Part shown: piece after piece, positions 29,635-39,894 of the stretch
How positions within the stretch are numbered: the stretch's first letter is position 1
Layout: each line of letters opens with the position of its first letter
NCBI GenBank assembly: GCA_046496795.1
Contig: JAWOGM010000001.1
Location: 1-52,326, forward strand
DNA length: 52,326 nt
Reading direction: 5' to 3'
Source of the DNA: Thermoplasmatota archaeon
Lineage (GTDB): Archaea > Thermoplasmatota > E2 > DHVEG-1
Program-made: the position numbers and the translations under genes
The notes under the pieces: model-generated
The model's database searches: none
The model's input: only the letters and a program-made list of their open reading frames with translations
What the model was told of the DNA's origin: nothing

Positions 29635-31053
29635 ATGCCGGAGACAAAAACAAAAAAAAGCGATGATTTTAACCAGTGGTACAATGAAATTGTCGAACTG
29701 GCAGACTTATGTGACAAGAGATACCCCATAAAAGGAATGAACATCTGGCGACCATACGGCTGGAAGTTGATGAACAATATCGATCGTCTCACGCGTGATG
29801 AAATGCAACGCTGCAATCATCAAGAAGTATATTTCCCCTTGTTGATACCTGAATCTTTTTTTAAAAAGGAAGAAGAACATATCGAAGGATTTAGTAGTGA
29901 AGTGTATTGGATCACTCACGCAGGTACAAACAAGCTTGAGGAACGTTGGCTTCTTAGACCAACTTCAGAGACAGCGATGTATCCTATTTTTTCCCTCTGG
30001 ATTCGATCACATTCTGATCTGCCATTAAAAACGTTTCAAATTGTAAACACATTCCGCTATGAAACCAAACAAACAAGAGCTTTTATTAGAGTAAGGGAAA
30101 TACATTTTTTTGAGGCGCATACCTGCCATATCGATTTTGATGATGCAGAAAAGCAGATTCAAGAAGATAAAATGATAGCTGATCGCCTGTTAAAAAAACT
30201 CTGTTTACCCTATATTTTTTGTAAAAGACCAGAATGGGATAAATTTGCAGGTGCCCATTACACGATAAGTATTGATATTCTTATGCCATCAGCAAGAACA
30301 TTACAAGTAGGTTCAATTCATCAGTATAAAGATAACTTTGCAAAACCATATGATATATCATATGAGACAGAAGAAGGAACTCGCAACTATTGTCATCAGA
30401 CCACCTATGGTATGAGTGAACGGCTTCTTGGTGCACTTATTGGCGTTCATGGTGATAATAAGGGACTAATCATGCCACCAGAAGTTGCTCCAATTCAAGT
30501 TGTTGTCATACCTATTATCTTTAAAGGAAAAGAAAAAATTGTTTTAGATGTTTGTAATAAATTGCATCAAAATCTTTGTTCGCATTCAATTCGAAGTCAC
30601 ATTGATACCAGAGATATAACTCCGGGCAATAAATATTATGATTGGGAGTTAAAAGGTGTACCCTTACGAATAGAAATTGGTCCAAAAGATATAGATAATA
30701 ATCAAATAGTGATTGTTCAACGTACAACAGGTGAAAAAATACCGGTTCCTAACGATAAAGCTATTGAAAGTATTACAAGGAATTTAGATGAAGTTGCAAA
30801 GTATTTGTATTCCAACGCAAAAAGATTTCTTGATGAAAACATTTATCGAGTGCATACTATTGAGGAGGCAAAAAATAAAAAAGGAATAATTGAGATTCCT
30901 TGGTGTGGTATCGCTGATTGTGCTTTAGAAATTGAAAATATTTTAGAGGGAAACACTCTTGGTGAACCCGTTGAAGAAATTGAATGTGCATGTTCATGTC
31001 CAGTTTGTGGAAAATCTGCAAAAACATGGATGAGATTTGCAAAATCATATTGA
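29635..31053 (+). CDS. proS: Proline--tRNA ligase (archaeal/eukaryotic type)
   Basis: LRPTSET, FRYETK..R.FIR.RE and YGMSER motifs, anticodon domain, C-terminal zinc domain ending AKSY. Confidence 0.98.
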   Translation: MPETKTKKSDDFNQWYNEIVELADLCDKRYPIKGMNIWRPYGWKLMNNIDRLTRDEMQRCNHQEVYFPLLIPESFFKKEEEHIEGFSSEVYWITHAGTNKLEERWLLRPTSETAMYPIFSLWIRSHSDLPLKTFQIVNTFRYETKQTRAFIRVREIHFFEAHTCHIDFDDAEKQIQEDKMIADRLLKKLCLPYIFCKRPEWDKFAGAHYTISIDILMPSARTLQVGSIHQYKDNFAKPYDISYETEEGTRNYCHQTTYGMSERLLGALIGVHGDNKGLIMPPEVAPIQVVVIPIIFKGKEKIVLDVCNKLHQNLCSHSIRSHIDTRDITPGNKYYDWELKGVPLRIEIGPKDIDNNQIVIVQRTTGEKIPVPNDKAIESITRNLDEVAKYLYSNAKRFLDENIYRVHTIEEAKNKKGIIEIPWCGIADCALEIENILEGNTLGEPVEEIECACSCPVCGKSAKTWMRFAKSY

Positions 31054-31063
31054 GGTGAAAAAA

Positions 31064-31450
31064 ATGAAAAAAATAACAGCAATATTAAGGGAATATGTAG
31101 TTGTGTTAAGCATAATTTTAATGATTTTTGGTTGTATTCTCATGGCGATGGGAGTACTTTGGTATTGGTTTGAGGATGTTGTTGTAAATGCTGATATGTT
31201 GCAAATTGTTGAAGATCTTGCAGATTGGAATGGATATATACTTGTGGCAGGTGTAATTATTTTTGCCTTTGGTCTATATTATATGTATAGTTACATGACA
31301 AAAAGAAAGTTTGTGTTAGAAGAAATTCAAACTAATAAACGATCAGAGTTTCTTAAAAATCATAAGAAGGTGAAAAATACAGTGAAGCATCTCCCTGTTA
31401 AATATCAAAAGATGGTCCAGAACAAAGAAGAAGAGCTAGCTATTAAATAA
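31064..31450 (+). CDS. Two-TM membrane protein (possibly DUF3198-like)
   Basis: SD GAGGTGA before ATG 31064; two TM segments and a basic soluble tail (KRSEF.KN...LP..Y). Confidence 0.7.
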   Translation: MKKITAILREYVVVLSIILMIFGCILMAMGVLWYWFEDVVVNADMLQIVEDLADWNGYILVAGVIIFAFGLYYMYSYMTKRKFVLEEIQTNKRSEFLKNHKKVKNTVKHLPVKYQKMVQNKEEELAIK

Positions 31451-31455
31451 GGATA

Positions 31456-32187
31456 TTGGATGGTGAAAAAGGAATCCCAAATTTTTATATTGTTCTTGTT
31501 GAGCCTAAATATAGTGGAAACATTGGTGCTGTTGCAAGAGCAATGAAGAATTTTGGGTTTGATAATCTTTTTTTAGTTAACCCCTGTATACTAGATGATG
31601 ATTGTTATGCTCGGGCTAAACATGCAGGAGATATAATAGATAAGGCAACCAGTTTTACATCGTTTAAACAAGCCTGTAACAATCTTGATTATCTTGTTGC
31701 AACGTCATCAATACAATATATCAAAGATAAAAAATCATTGAGAAACCCTGAAGTTTTAGAAGATTTTTCTGAAAAGATATATGAAGTAAAAGGAAATGTT
31801 GGTATTGTTTTTGGAAGAGAAGATTACGGGCTTTTTAATGAGGAAATTGCGTTATGTGATATTATGCTTCGTATTCCAACAAGTGAAGAGTATCTATCAT
31901 TAAATCTTTCTCATGCGGTGTGTCTTGTTTTATACTCTTTATATATAAAAAGAAACTGTATTGTGCCAAATCGTAGAGAGATTGGGAAAGTAGAGAAAGA
32001 AAAATTATTTGAATTCTTCTCTCTTCTTTTACAAGAGATAAATTATCCAAGTCATAAAAAAGAAAATACAGAGATTTTATTTAAACGGTTAATGGCTAGA
32101 TCTATGCCTTCGACATGGGAATATCACACGTTAATGGGCGTGTTTGGTAAAACTGTTGAAAAAATGAAGCGCAATCAAAAACAATAA
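31456..32187 (+). CDS. trmJ: tRNA 2'-O-methyltransferase TrmJ (SPOUT)
   Basis: VLVEP..SGNIGAVARAMKNFG, VFGRED.GL.NEE and SLNLSHAV motifs. Start uncertain: TTG 31456 or ATC 31474. Confidence 0.93.
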   Translation: MDGEKGIPNFYIVLVEPKYSGNIGAVARAMKNFGFDNLFLVNPCILDDDCYARAKHAGDIIDKATSFTSFKQACNNLDYLVATSSIQYIKDKKSLRNPEVLEDFSEKIYEVKGNVGIVFGREDYGLFNEEIALCDIMLRIPTSEEYLSLNLSHAVCLVLYSLYIKRNCIVPNRREIGKVEKEKLFEFFSLLLQEINYPSHKKENTEILFKRLMARSMPSTWEYHTLMGVFGKTVEKMKRNQKQ

Positions 32188-32195
32188 CTATCATT

Positions 32196-32420
32196 TTAGA
32201 TTGTTTCAATACTAAACATTACTTTACTGCCTTTTAAAGCTGCAAATACTTTATCAGCGAAAAATACAAGCTCATTGATATCATGAACACTTGTTGGCCA
32301 TTCATAGATAAAGTCATAGTTACCTTTCGCGGCTTTAAACCCCATATTTAATAGATTATTTTTAATTTGAGATGGAGCAGCTCCTTCGCTGTTAAACAGT
32401 ATGGTTACATAGGTCTTCAT
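32196..32420 (-). CDS. Small conserved hypothetical protein (ferredoxin-like fold predicted)
   Basis: MKTY....FNSEG..PS...L..MGF...GNYDF.Y.W; clean ORF between two genes. Confidence 0.7.
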   Translation of the reverse strand: MKTYVTILFNSEGAAPSQIKNNLLNMGFKAAKGNYDFIYEWPTSVHDINELVFFADKVFAALKGSKVMFSIETI

Positions 32421-32480
32421 ATTAATCACTTCAAATACCTAATTGATTTGATTGTATTAAATATTACGATAGCATTCTGA

Positions 32481-33617
32481 TTATACTACTGCTATGGGAT
32501 AGGGAATATAACAAACAATTAAAATCAATAGCGCAACAAAAAACAATAGCTTCCTATTCATATCCAATGGTGTTGCATCATTGAGTGGAGGGGGGTGCTG
32601 CATTCCCATCATAAACATAATTATGAGAGCAAAGAAAAACCAACCAGTAAAGATCATGATTATAATAGCAATCCATCCTGCCCATTTCTGTTTTTCTCCA
32701 AGAAATGCACGAAAGATATGTCCACCGTCAAGTTGTCCGGCAGGTAAAAGATTAATTGAGGTGATAAGAAGCCCTATCCATCCTGCAAATGCTACTAGAC
32801 TTAGATTAATTGGAGTACCAAGGGGGATATCTAATAACAGTGTTGACAGAGCAGTGAAAAGAATTGAGCCTCCTAAGACAACCTCCCCAGGCCCCAGTTC
32901 AGTAATGACTCCTGGTTCAGATAATAAAATTCCAATAACGGTGACCGGTACTGCTACCACAAAACCAGCAAGAGGGCCAGCAATTCCTATATCAAGTAAT
33001 GCTTTTCTATGAGGCATGGGCTCTCTACTTGATATTAACGCTCCAAATGTTCCGATGTTAAACGTTGGTATAATAGGTGGAATTGGTATAAAAAACGGTA
33101 GAGATGTTGGTATTCCATGTTTTTTTGAAATAAAATAATGACCCATTTCATGAATGAAAAGAATACTTAACAATGGCAGTGCAAATAAAAAAAAACCATA
33201 TGATAAATGAGTGGGATTGAGTACATCCATAATATTGGGTAATGTCCATAAATCGTTATATCCTTGATGAAGAATAGATCCTGTGAGTGTTGTCGTGATA
33301 AATACTGCAACTAATAATGCGATATTTACAATAATTGGTTTTTCCTTCTTGTCACCTTTTCTTATGACATATATTGTATATTCTCCTTTAACATATCGGA
33401 GTAAAGGGATATATCCTTTTTTTGAAAGAGACAATCGTAGATCATCAAAATTATCTTCGAGTGTATCTTCGTTGATTCTGCAGAAAAAAGCGACAGTCTG
33501 ATCATTATATTTCATATCATAAAAGGGAAAGCGTTTACCAACTTCACCTTTCAGCAGTTCAATATCTGATCGAGATGATTGATAAGTATGATTATAGCTA
33601 CTCCAGTCATTTTCCAT
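32481..33617 (-). CDS. Site-2 protease (M50)
   Basis: HEMGH, AGPLAG and NLLPAGQLDGGH motifs; multiple TM segments. Confidence 0.95.
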   Translation of the reverse strand: MENDWSSYNHTYQSSRSDIELLKGEVGKRFPFYDMKYNDQTVAFFCRINEDTLEDNFDDLRLSLSKKGYIPLLRYVKGEYTIYVIRKGDKKEKPIIVNIALLVAVFITTTLTGSILHQGYNDLWTLPNIMDVLNPTHLSYGFFLFALPLLSILFIHEMGHYFISKKHGIPTSLPFFIPIPPIIPTFNIGTFGALISSREPMPHRKALLDIGIAGPLAGFVVAVPVTVIGILLSEPGVITELGPGEVVLGGSILFTALSTLLLDIPLGTPINLSLVAFAGWIGLLITSINLLPAGQLDGGHIFRAFLGEKQKWAGWIAIIIMIFTGWFFFALIIMFMMGMQHPPPLNDATPLDMNRKLLFFVALLILIVCYIPYPIAVV

Positions 33618-33759
33618 TTGCCATTACATTAGACAATCTTTTTTAAACCCTTCGGATAGATATATTGGAAAATCTTCATACCCGCATATAAAGAAAAAAA
33701 TTGATAACTATGCAGAATATGTCCCTATATAGATATCATGGTAAAAGGAGTTTTGTTTT

Positions 33760-34152
33760 ATGGATATGAAGATTAGTTTCTCAGGGGGTAAAAAAGTAGA
33801 TGCAGAATATAAAGGTTTTAGGATTAAAACAGATCAACCAGTTAATCATGGAGGAGATGAAAGTGCTCCTGAGCCCTTTTCTTTATTTCTGGCATCTATT
33901 GGAACTTGTGCAGGGATATACGTTCTTAGTTTTTGTGAAAAGAGGGATATTTCAACTGATAATATCTCCTTGCAGTTACAGTTTGAGAAAGATAAACAAA
34001 CAAATATGATTACAAAAATTGATATTAAAATCATTGTTCCAAAAGATTTTCCAGATGAATATAAAAATGCTTTAGTAAAAACCGCTAATCTTTGTGCTGT
34101 AAAAAAGCATATTGAGAATCCTCCTGAGATTATAACGGAGATTTCTAATTAA
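33760..34152 (+). CDS. OsmC family protein
   Basis: TDQP...GG..SAPEPF.LFLASIGTC and a second Cys in LCAVKK. Confidence 0.9.
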   Translation: MDMKISFSGGKKVDAEYKGFRIKTDQPVNHGGDESAPEPFSLFLASIGTCAGIYVLSFCEKRDISTDNISLQLQFEKDKQTNMITKIDIKIIVPKDFPDEYKNALVKTANLCAVKKHIENPPEIITEISN

Positions 34153-34201
34153 TCACTATCTTTATGTATTGAAATTTGTTTGAGGATGTCGTGATAGAAC
34201 A

Positions 34202-35470
34202 ATGACAGTTACATTGATTGTTGGTACACAATGGGGCGATGAAGGAAAAGGAAAAGTTGTTGATTACTATTCAGATAATGCAGATTATGTCGTGCGTTTT
34301 CAAGGCGGAGCAAATGCAGGCCACACTATTATTGTAGGAGATGAAGTCTATAAACTGCACTTATTACCCTCTGGCGTAATACAAGGAAAAACAGGAGTTA
34401 TTGGTAATGGTGTAGTTATTGATCCAGAAATATTGTTTAATGAGATTGATGAGCTGACCAAACGTGGCATTAAACCAAATTTACTAATAAGTGATCGTGC
34501 AAATATCATTATGCCCTATCATAAACTTCTTGATGGTGCAGAGGAACAATATCTTGGTGGGGAAAAGATTGGGACAACCAAACGTGGAATTGGACCGTGC
34601 TATAGCGATAAAGCCTCACGTATTGGGATAAGAGCAATTGATTTGACTGACCCAAAAAGATTAGAGAGACTTCTAAAACGGATTATTCCAATAAAGCAGA
34701 AACTAATTAAGTTGTATGATTTAGATATTGATCTTGATGCCAAACAAATCCTTCAGACATATAGTGAATATGGAAAACAACTCTCTAAATATCTCAGTAG
34801 AACACATTGTATATTACATGAGGCCATAAAGCAGAATAAAAATATATTACTTGAAGGAGCTCAAGGGGCAATGCTAGATGTTGAATTTGGAACATACCCC
34901 TATACGACATCTTCACATGTTATCGCCGGTGGTTCATCAATTGGTACCGGTATTGGCCCAACACAGATAAACGAAATAATAGGCGTTGTAAAAGCTTATA
35001 CTACAAGGGTTGGAGAAGGACCTATGCCTACAGAGTTATCTAATGATATGGGAAATCATTTGCAGCAAAAAGGCCATGAGTTTGGGACGACAACAAGTCG
35101 ACCGAGGCGTTGTGGTTGGCTTGATTTAGTAGTTCTTAAACATTCTACACTGCTGTCAGCAGTATCAAAACTAGCAATTACAAAACTTGATGTATTGAAT
35201 AATTTAGATACAATAAAAATATGTACTCAGTATAAATTACAGGGTGAAACAATAGAATATTTCCCGGCAAACATCGAAGACGTAGAAAAATGTATACCTA
35301 TCTATAAAGAATTTAAAGGATGGAACAAAATTAATCCTGAGTCAAAGAATATAAAGGATCTCCCAAAACAAGCACAAGAATACCTACAATATATCCAAAA
35401 CACACTTCAAATACCTATTTCTCTAATCTCAATAGGTCCGGGCAGAACCGAGACAATAGAGATCAATTAA
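34202..35470 (+). CDS. purA: Adenylosuccinate synthetase
   Basis: QWGDEGKGK, GGANAGHT, EGAQG and EFGTTT.RPRRCGW motifs. Confidence 0.98.
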   Translation: MTVTLIVGTQWGDEGKGKVVDYYSDNADYVVRFQGGANAGHTIIVGDEVYKLHLLPSGVIQGKTGVIGNGVVIDPEILFNEIDELTKRGIKPNLLISDRANIIMPYHKLLDGAEEQYLGGEKIGTTKRGIGPCYSDKASRIGIRAIDLTDPKRLERLLKRIIPIKQKLIKLYDLDIDLDAKQILQTYSEYGKQLSKYLSRTHCILHEAIKQNKNILLEGAQGAMLDVEFGTYPYTTSSHVIAGGSSIGTGIGPTQINEIIGVVKAYTTRVGEGPMPTELSNDMGNHLQQKGHEFGTTTSRPRRCGWLDLVVLKHSTLLSAVSKLAITKLDVLNNLDTIKICTQYKLQGETIEYFPANIEDVEKCIPIYKEFKGWNKINPESKNIKDLPKQAQEYLQYIQNTLQIPISLISIGPGRTETIEIN

Positions 35471-35710
35471 TCAAACAAGGGATTGTACAGAAATTGCAGT
35501 ATTAAGCCATCGTAGATATGAATTACATGCAGCCCGCAAAGAACTGATATCATCAGATTGAATCTCTAAAATAATTTTTTTCCCAGATTGTTTTATAGTA
35601 CTTGAAACTTTAGGTATTTTCTGCTGTACTTCAGGAGTTATTGATCCAAGTAACACAGATGCCTCAGAATCTGATGTACAGGTAAAAACAAACGATGCTT
35701 TCTTGCTCAT
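35471..35710 (-). CDS. pcc1: KEOPS complex subunit Pcc1
   Basis: I.S.D.SSLRAACNSYLRW; canonical position after rpoP. Confidence 0.92.
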   Translation of the reverse strand: MSKKASFVFTCTSDSEASVLLGSITPEVQQKIPKVSSTIKQSGKKIILEIQSDDISSLRAACNSYLRWLNTAISVQSLV

Positions 35711-35847
35711 TCTGTCGATATATGTTTAGCTATTGTTGGCCGTTCCTTGTAAAAAACTTTACTGCCACAGTAAGGGCATTGAATACCAATGTTTTTTACA
35801 TCAAATTGAACAGATTTCTTACATATTCCGCATTTATATTGAGTCAT
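35707..35847 (-). CDS. rpoP: RNA polymerase subunit P/Rpo12 (46 aa; absent from ORF track)
   Basis: Translates to MTQYKCGICKKSVQFDVKNIGIQCPYCGSKVFYKERP. ATGA overlap with pcc1; follows rpl37ae. Confidence 0.95.
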   Translation of the reverse strand: MTQYKCGICKKSVQFDVKNIGIQCPYCGSKVFYKERPTIAKHISTE

Positions 35848-35860
35848 AGCGTATTACACC

Positions 35861-36133
35861 CTATTTTCCAGCCATACTTACCTTTAATGTTTTATCAACA
35901 TCAATTCCCTGTGCGGTCTTTGGTATATATGCGCCGCCTGCAAAGGTATTTCCACATTTTTTACAGGTCCAAATAGCAGTACCATCACGTTTAACTGATT
36001 GTTTTCCACATTGAGGGCAGATATATTTTTTTCTCTGTTGAATCTCAATATCTCGCACTCTTGTTCGTGCTCTAACTCCATATCTCGCTTTATATCGACC
36101 GGCTGGACCGACTTTTTTTGTTCTTTTCGCCAT
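35861..36133 (-). CDS. rpl37ae: 50S ribosomal protein eL43 (L37ae)
   Basis: RTKKVG.AGRY.ARYG, CPQC..CKKC and GGAY motifs. Confidence 0.97.
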   Translation of the reverse strand: MAKRTKKVGPAGRYKARYGVRARTRVRDIEIQQRKKYICPQCGKQSVKRDGTAIWTCKKCGNTFAGGAYIPKTAQGIDVDKTLKVSMAGK

Positions 36134-36134
36134 A

Positions 36135-36917
36135 TTATTTCCCTATAGTAGAATATAATTGTTTCCTAATTTCACGCCCGTTATCAATAGATGCTTTTAT
36201 AACTTTTTGTATCTCATCCCTAGTAAAACTACCATTTAGTCCTTTTTGCATGGCTCGAATATCTGCATTATTGTCAGTTGCAACAGTTAATCGTGCATCA
36301 GCTATTTGCTCTTCATCAAGAGAAGGATCGATAACAACAACATTGTTAAATTTCACCCAAGTACAGGATATAGGAGGCTCATTCATAGGCAAGGGATAGT
36401 TTTCACCAAGCTCAAAGCGTTCAGCAGGTACCTGAGCTGTTGAAAGAGCTGCAAGTGAGGCAAGAGAGGCAGCATCAAAAAGATTTCCATCATAATCAAG
36501 AACATGGATATCAATAAAAATAATCCATACTTTCTCACCAGGCTCAATACAGAGTTTATCAACATCAATAACCTTTGATTCCCGTACTCCCCGATCAACA
36601 ACACGAGCTAACTCTATGGCATCTGCTTGAGGGGGACCAGATTCAAAATCAGGGGAAGCTAGAGGAATAAGCTCTGCAGCAGTAGTCATTACTCCAGAAT
36701 TCGGTGAATCGGCATAGGGCTCTCCAACATCCATTTTAACACCTGCGATTATTTGGGTGTTACCTATCTTTACACGGGCAGAACCCTCGGCTTTGCTGAC
36801 CACATTTGTTTGAATTTCTATTTTCCTAAATTCGTTAAATCCTCTGCCATCAATTCGTTTTCCTTGTTCAGCTAATTTGCATAAAAAATCTCGTTTAATA
36901 TTGGGAACTACTGTCAT
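36135..36917 (-). CDS. rrp42: Exosome subunit Rrp42
   Basis: R.DGR, KAEGSA, FESGPP, ELARVVDRG.RES and DYDGNL.DA motifs. Confidence 0.97.
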   Translation of the reverse strand: MTVVPNIKRDFLCKLAEQGKRIDGRGFNEFRKIEIQTNVVSKAEGSARVKIGNTQIIAGVKMDVGEPYADSPNSGVMTTAAELIPLASPDFESGPPQADAIELARVVDRGVRESKVIDVDKLCIEPGEKVWIIFIDIHVLDYDGNLFDAASLASLAALSTAQVPAERFELGENYPLPMNEPPISCTWVKFNNVVVIDPSLDEEQIADARLTVATDNNADIRAMQKGLNGSFTRDEIQKVIKASIDNGREIRKQLYSTIGK

Positions 36918-37645
36918 TATTTAACCTCCAGTGCAGATTGATATTTATCTAAAATTGCTTTTTTCTGTATTTCAGCGACACTGTGGCATCCTTTCACTGC
37001 AAGATCAAAGGCCTTATTAAATTCATCAAGTGTTAAATGGCCATCCATCTGCAAAAGAAGAATATCACCTGTACGAGGTGAAATTGCAACAGGTAGATCT
37101 GCTTGTCCATAATTATCTTCCTGTTTACCAAGATCCATGACGATTTGACCATTAATCTTTCCTGCAGCACAGGACACAGGGATATCTATCATAGGTATAC
37201 CTGCATCTGCTAAGGCAACGCCTGCAGCGGTAAGGCCTGCACATCGTGTGCCTGCTTCAGCATCAAGAACTTCGATGTTAACATCAATAGACGCTCGGGG
37301 AAATCGTTCAGTTAAAATAACATTTTCAAGAGCTTCGGAAATAACTTTAGAAATCTCCCTACTCCTTCTATCTGGCCCGGGTCGTTTACGATCCTCCACA
37401 CTAAAAGCAGCCATATTATATTTTGCATTCACAATAGCTCGTAAAGGGTTCTGAGTATGTCTAGGGATAGCCTCTCGTGGACCATACACGGCAACAAGAA
37501 CCTTATTGCCACCCCATTCGAGATAACAAGAACCATCTGCTCTGTGAAGTACTCCTGCCTCAATTTTAATTGATCGTAAATCTTCTGGACCTCGTCCATC
37601 TAAACGTTTGCCATTGCTATCGATCAATTCAATATCTGATTTCAT
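36917..37645 (-). CDS. rrp41: Exosome subunit Rrp41
   Basis: [23 protein letters not shown] and AGTR motifs. Confidence 0.97.
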   Translation of the reverse strand: MKSDIELIDSNGKRLDGRGPEDLRSIKIEAGVLHRADGSCYLEWGGNKVLVAVYGPREAIPRHTQNPLRAIVNAKYNMAAFSVEDRKRPGPDRRSREISKVISEALENVILTERFPRASIDVNIEVLDAEAGTRCAGLTAAGVALADAGIPMIDIPVSCAAGKINGQIVMDLGKQEDNYGQADLPVAISPRTGDILLLQMDGHLTLDEFNKAFDLAVKGCHSVAEIQKKAILDKYQSALEVK

Positions 37646-38326
37646 TTATTGCACATCCTTTGATTCCTTTTTTAACATTTCTTCTATTCTATTAGTAAGC
37701 CCAAATGTAATAGATTGCTCTTCTATCCGAGAGATAATTCGCAATACTTTCTCTATACTATCAGCATCCCCGTCCACCCAAATCCTTCCATTTTGACCAA
37801 CAAATATTCTACAACGAATATATTTCTTTATAATAGAGAGCATCGATCCCTGTTTGCCAATAATACGTGGTACTTTTGACGGTTCAACTTCAAAAATCTG
37901 TCCATCTTTAATTTTATATAAATTACGATCGTTAAGAGTGATCTGTATTTTTTTTGATTCATCAACTGAAAGAACCTTTGCCATGATACTATCACCATGA
38001 TTAAGATATCGTTCAGTATCACCAAATTCTATTCTCCAGGGAACCTCATTTTGATGCAATAAAGCAGGGGATGATGCATTAATGTTTACAAGCCATCCTG
38101 ATCCTAATGCTTCTTCAACTACACCAATAACAAAGTCTCCAACTGAAGGATCATATCTTCCTTTTAAAGGCGTAACAGAGATAAAATCTCTATGTTCATT
38201 TAAAATACCGAGAATACCTGAATAAATTTTTCCTTTCTCAACAAAGGTTCCCGAGCCGGGTTTCTTAGAACTAATATCGCCGAGAAACTGACTGGGGAGA
38301 ACTATGGTACGTTTATTTTTTTGCAT
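37646..38326 (-). CDS. rrp4: Exosome RNA-binding subunit Rrp4
   Basis: S1 and KH domains; KVPRIIGK.GSM and VGQNGRIW motifs. Confidence 0.96.
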   Translation of the reverse strand: MQKNKRTIVLPSQFLGDISSKKPGSGTFVEKGKIYSGILGILNEHRDFISVTPLKGRYDPSVGDFVIGVVEEALGSGWLVNINASSPALLHQNEVPWRIEFGDTERYLNHGDSIMAKVLSVDESKKIQITLNDRNLYKIKDGQIFEVEPSKVPRIIGKQGSMLSIIKKYIRCRIFVGQNGRIWVDGDADSIEKVLRIISRIEEQSITFGLTNRIEEMLKKESKDVQ

Positions 38327-38348
38327 AAAATAACAAGCCTCTATTCAT

Positions 38349-39044
38349 TTATTTTAAAATCCTTGTTTCTACATTACCTTTTGTGATATCATTTAATTTA
38401 TCATAAAAATCTTTTTGCATACCAGCTGGTATTCGTACAATACCTGCCCATGAGCCATCTGACTGCCACTCCTCTCTCTCTAGGGCACCAAATCCACGTG
38501 CTACCCCATAAGCTTTTCCAATATATTGAGAGGGGATTTTAACAGATATTTTTAGTTGATCTAAAGAGATAGGTATAATTGTTCGTAATTTTTCAATGAT
38601 TGTTTTAACCTGCACATCTGCAGATTTAAATGGATCTATTTGTATTCCGGTTTCCTCTATTGCAAGTTCTATTCTCTGTCGAGGATGAGGTGTCTTATTT
38701 TGAGGATCCATAGCGTTTTTAACTATTATATCAACGATACGTTTTTTTTTCTGCGCCTGCATCTCATGTCTTTTTTCAGTGGTAAGTTGTATATCTCCCT
38801 TAAAAATAATTGTTTTTACAATTGTTTGAATATCATCAGTACCAAAAACTTTCTCGAGGGATTCCTGAGATGCATGAGTTCCTTTTTTTGAATCATTAAA
38901 CACAGCTTCTATTGCAAGACAGGATAACACATCATCCTGTTTTCCTTCAATAATACGTTCTGTTTGATGAGGATCAACTAAAATCTCAAAATGATCCTCA
39001 CCTTTTTTATATCGCGCTATTACTGCCTCGTCAAGACTGACCAA
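38349..39044 (-). CDS. Ribosome maturation factor SBDS/Sdo1
   Basis: VSLDEAVIAR, FEILVDP, QLT.E.R and PHP..RIE.A motifs. TTG 39044 with GGAGG 9 nt upstream is preferred over 39071. Confidence 0.95.
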   Translation of the reverse strand: MVSLDEAVIARYKKGEDHFEILVDPHQTERIIEGKQDDVLSCLAIEAVFNDSKKGTHASQESLEKVFGTDDIQTIVKTIIFKGDIQLTTEKRHEMQAQKKKRIVDIIVKNAMDPQNKTPHPRQRIELAIEETGIQIDPFKSADVQVKTIIEKLRTIIPISLDQLKISVKIPSQYIGKAYGVARGFGALEREEWQSDGSWAGIVRIPAGMQKDFYDKLNDITKGNVETRILK

Positions 39045-39057
39045 TCTTATTTTCCTC

Positions 39058-39780
39058 CTATTTTCCTCCAATTGCTTTTAATACATATGAAGTAGTTTCT
39101 TTGGGTTCTAATATATGGAATGTAACATCCTTTCCCACGACCCCTATCTCAATTGCCTCTGGATTTAATTTACCTTCGGTTCCTTTGTGAAGTGCTTTAA
39201 TACCAAGTTCAATAGCCTCATCTCTGCTTAAATCATTACGATATTTTTCTTCAAAATATGCCATTGCACCAGATCTACCAGCTCCTTCACTACTGGCTTT
39301 ATATTCCATAAGAGCCCCTGAAGGATCTGTCGAGAATAACCGAGGTCCTGTTTCATCGACACCTGCAATTAATAAAGCAGTACCAAATGGTCTTACTCCC
39401 CCATATTGTGTATAGGTTTGTTTAAAATCACATATGCGTTTTACTAGTGTTTTTATCTGTATTTTTTCATTATATGTTATTTCGTTAATCTGTGCATCTA
39501 ATCTAGCTCTGTCAATAAGCGCACGAGCATCAGCAACAAGACCTGAGGTAGCGCAACCAATATGATCATCAATGGTAAAGATCTTTTCTATTGAGTTAGG
39601 TTCGACTAGTCTTGAAGATACTCGTTTATCAACAATTAATACTGCCCCATTATTAAATTTCATTCCAACGGTTGTTGTTCCTCTTTTTACTGCTTCTCTT
39701 GCATATTCAACCTGAAACAATCTCCCATCAGGGGAAAAAACAGTGATTGCTCGATCGTATGCCATATTAGATGGTTGCAT
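39058..39780 (-). CDS. psmA: Proteasome alpha subunit
   Basis: [24 protein letters not shown] and RPFG motifs. Confidence 0.98.
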   Translation of the reverse strand: MQPSNMAYDRAITVFSPDGRLFQVEYAREAVKRGTTTVGMKFNNGAVLIVDKRVSSRLVEPNSIEKIFTIDDHIGCATSGLVADARALIDRARLDAQINEITYNEKIQIKTLVKRICDFKQTYTQYGGVRPFGTALLIAGVDETGPRLFSTDPSGALMEYKASSEGAGRSGAMAYFEEKYRNDLSRDEAIELGIKALHKGTEGKLNPEAIEIGVVGKDVTFHILEPKETTSYVLKAIGGK

Positions 39781-39894
39781 TTTTATTTCACCTCTTTTAA
39801 CTATATCCTATTAATCACATATTTTTATAAAGATTTTTTAACCAAGAATACACTTTTACTGTAAATACTTTGTGTGTAAAGAATGGAATAAGTT

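Noticed and set aside
29388-29816. 142-aa minus-strand ORF and the many other antisense or nested ORFs in the track
   Set aside because: They overlap well-supported genes (rpl40e, proS and others) and show no recognisable motifs.
39048-39069. 11-nt tandem repeat TATTTTCCTCC x2 at the psmA/SBDS boundary
   Set aside because: Explained by the psmA terminal codons plus the SBDS Shine-Dalgarno sequence; only two copies.
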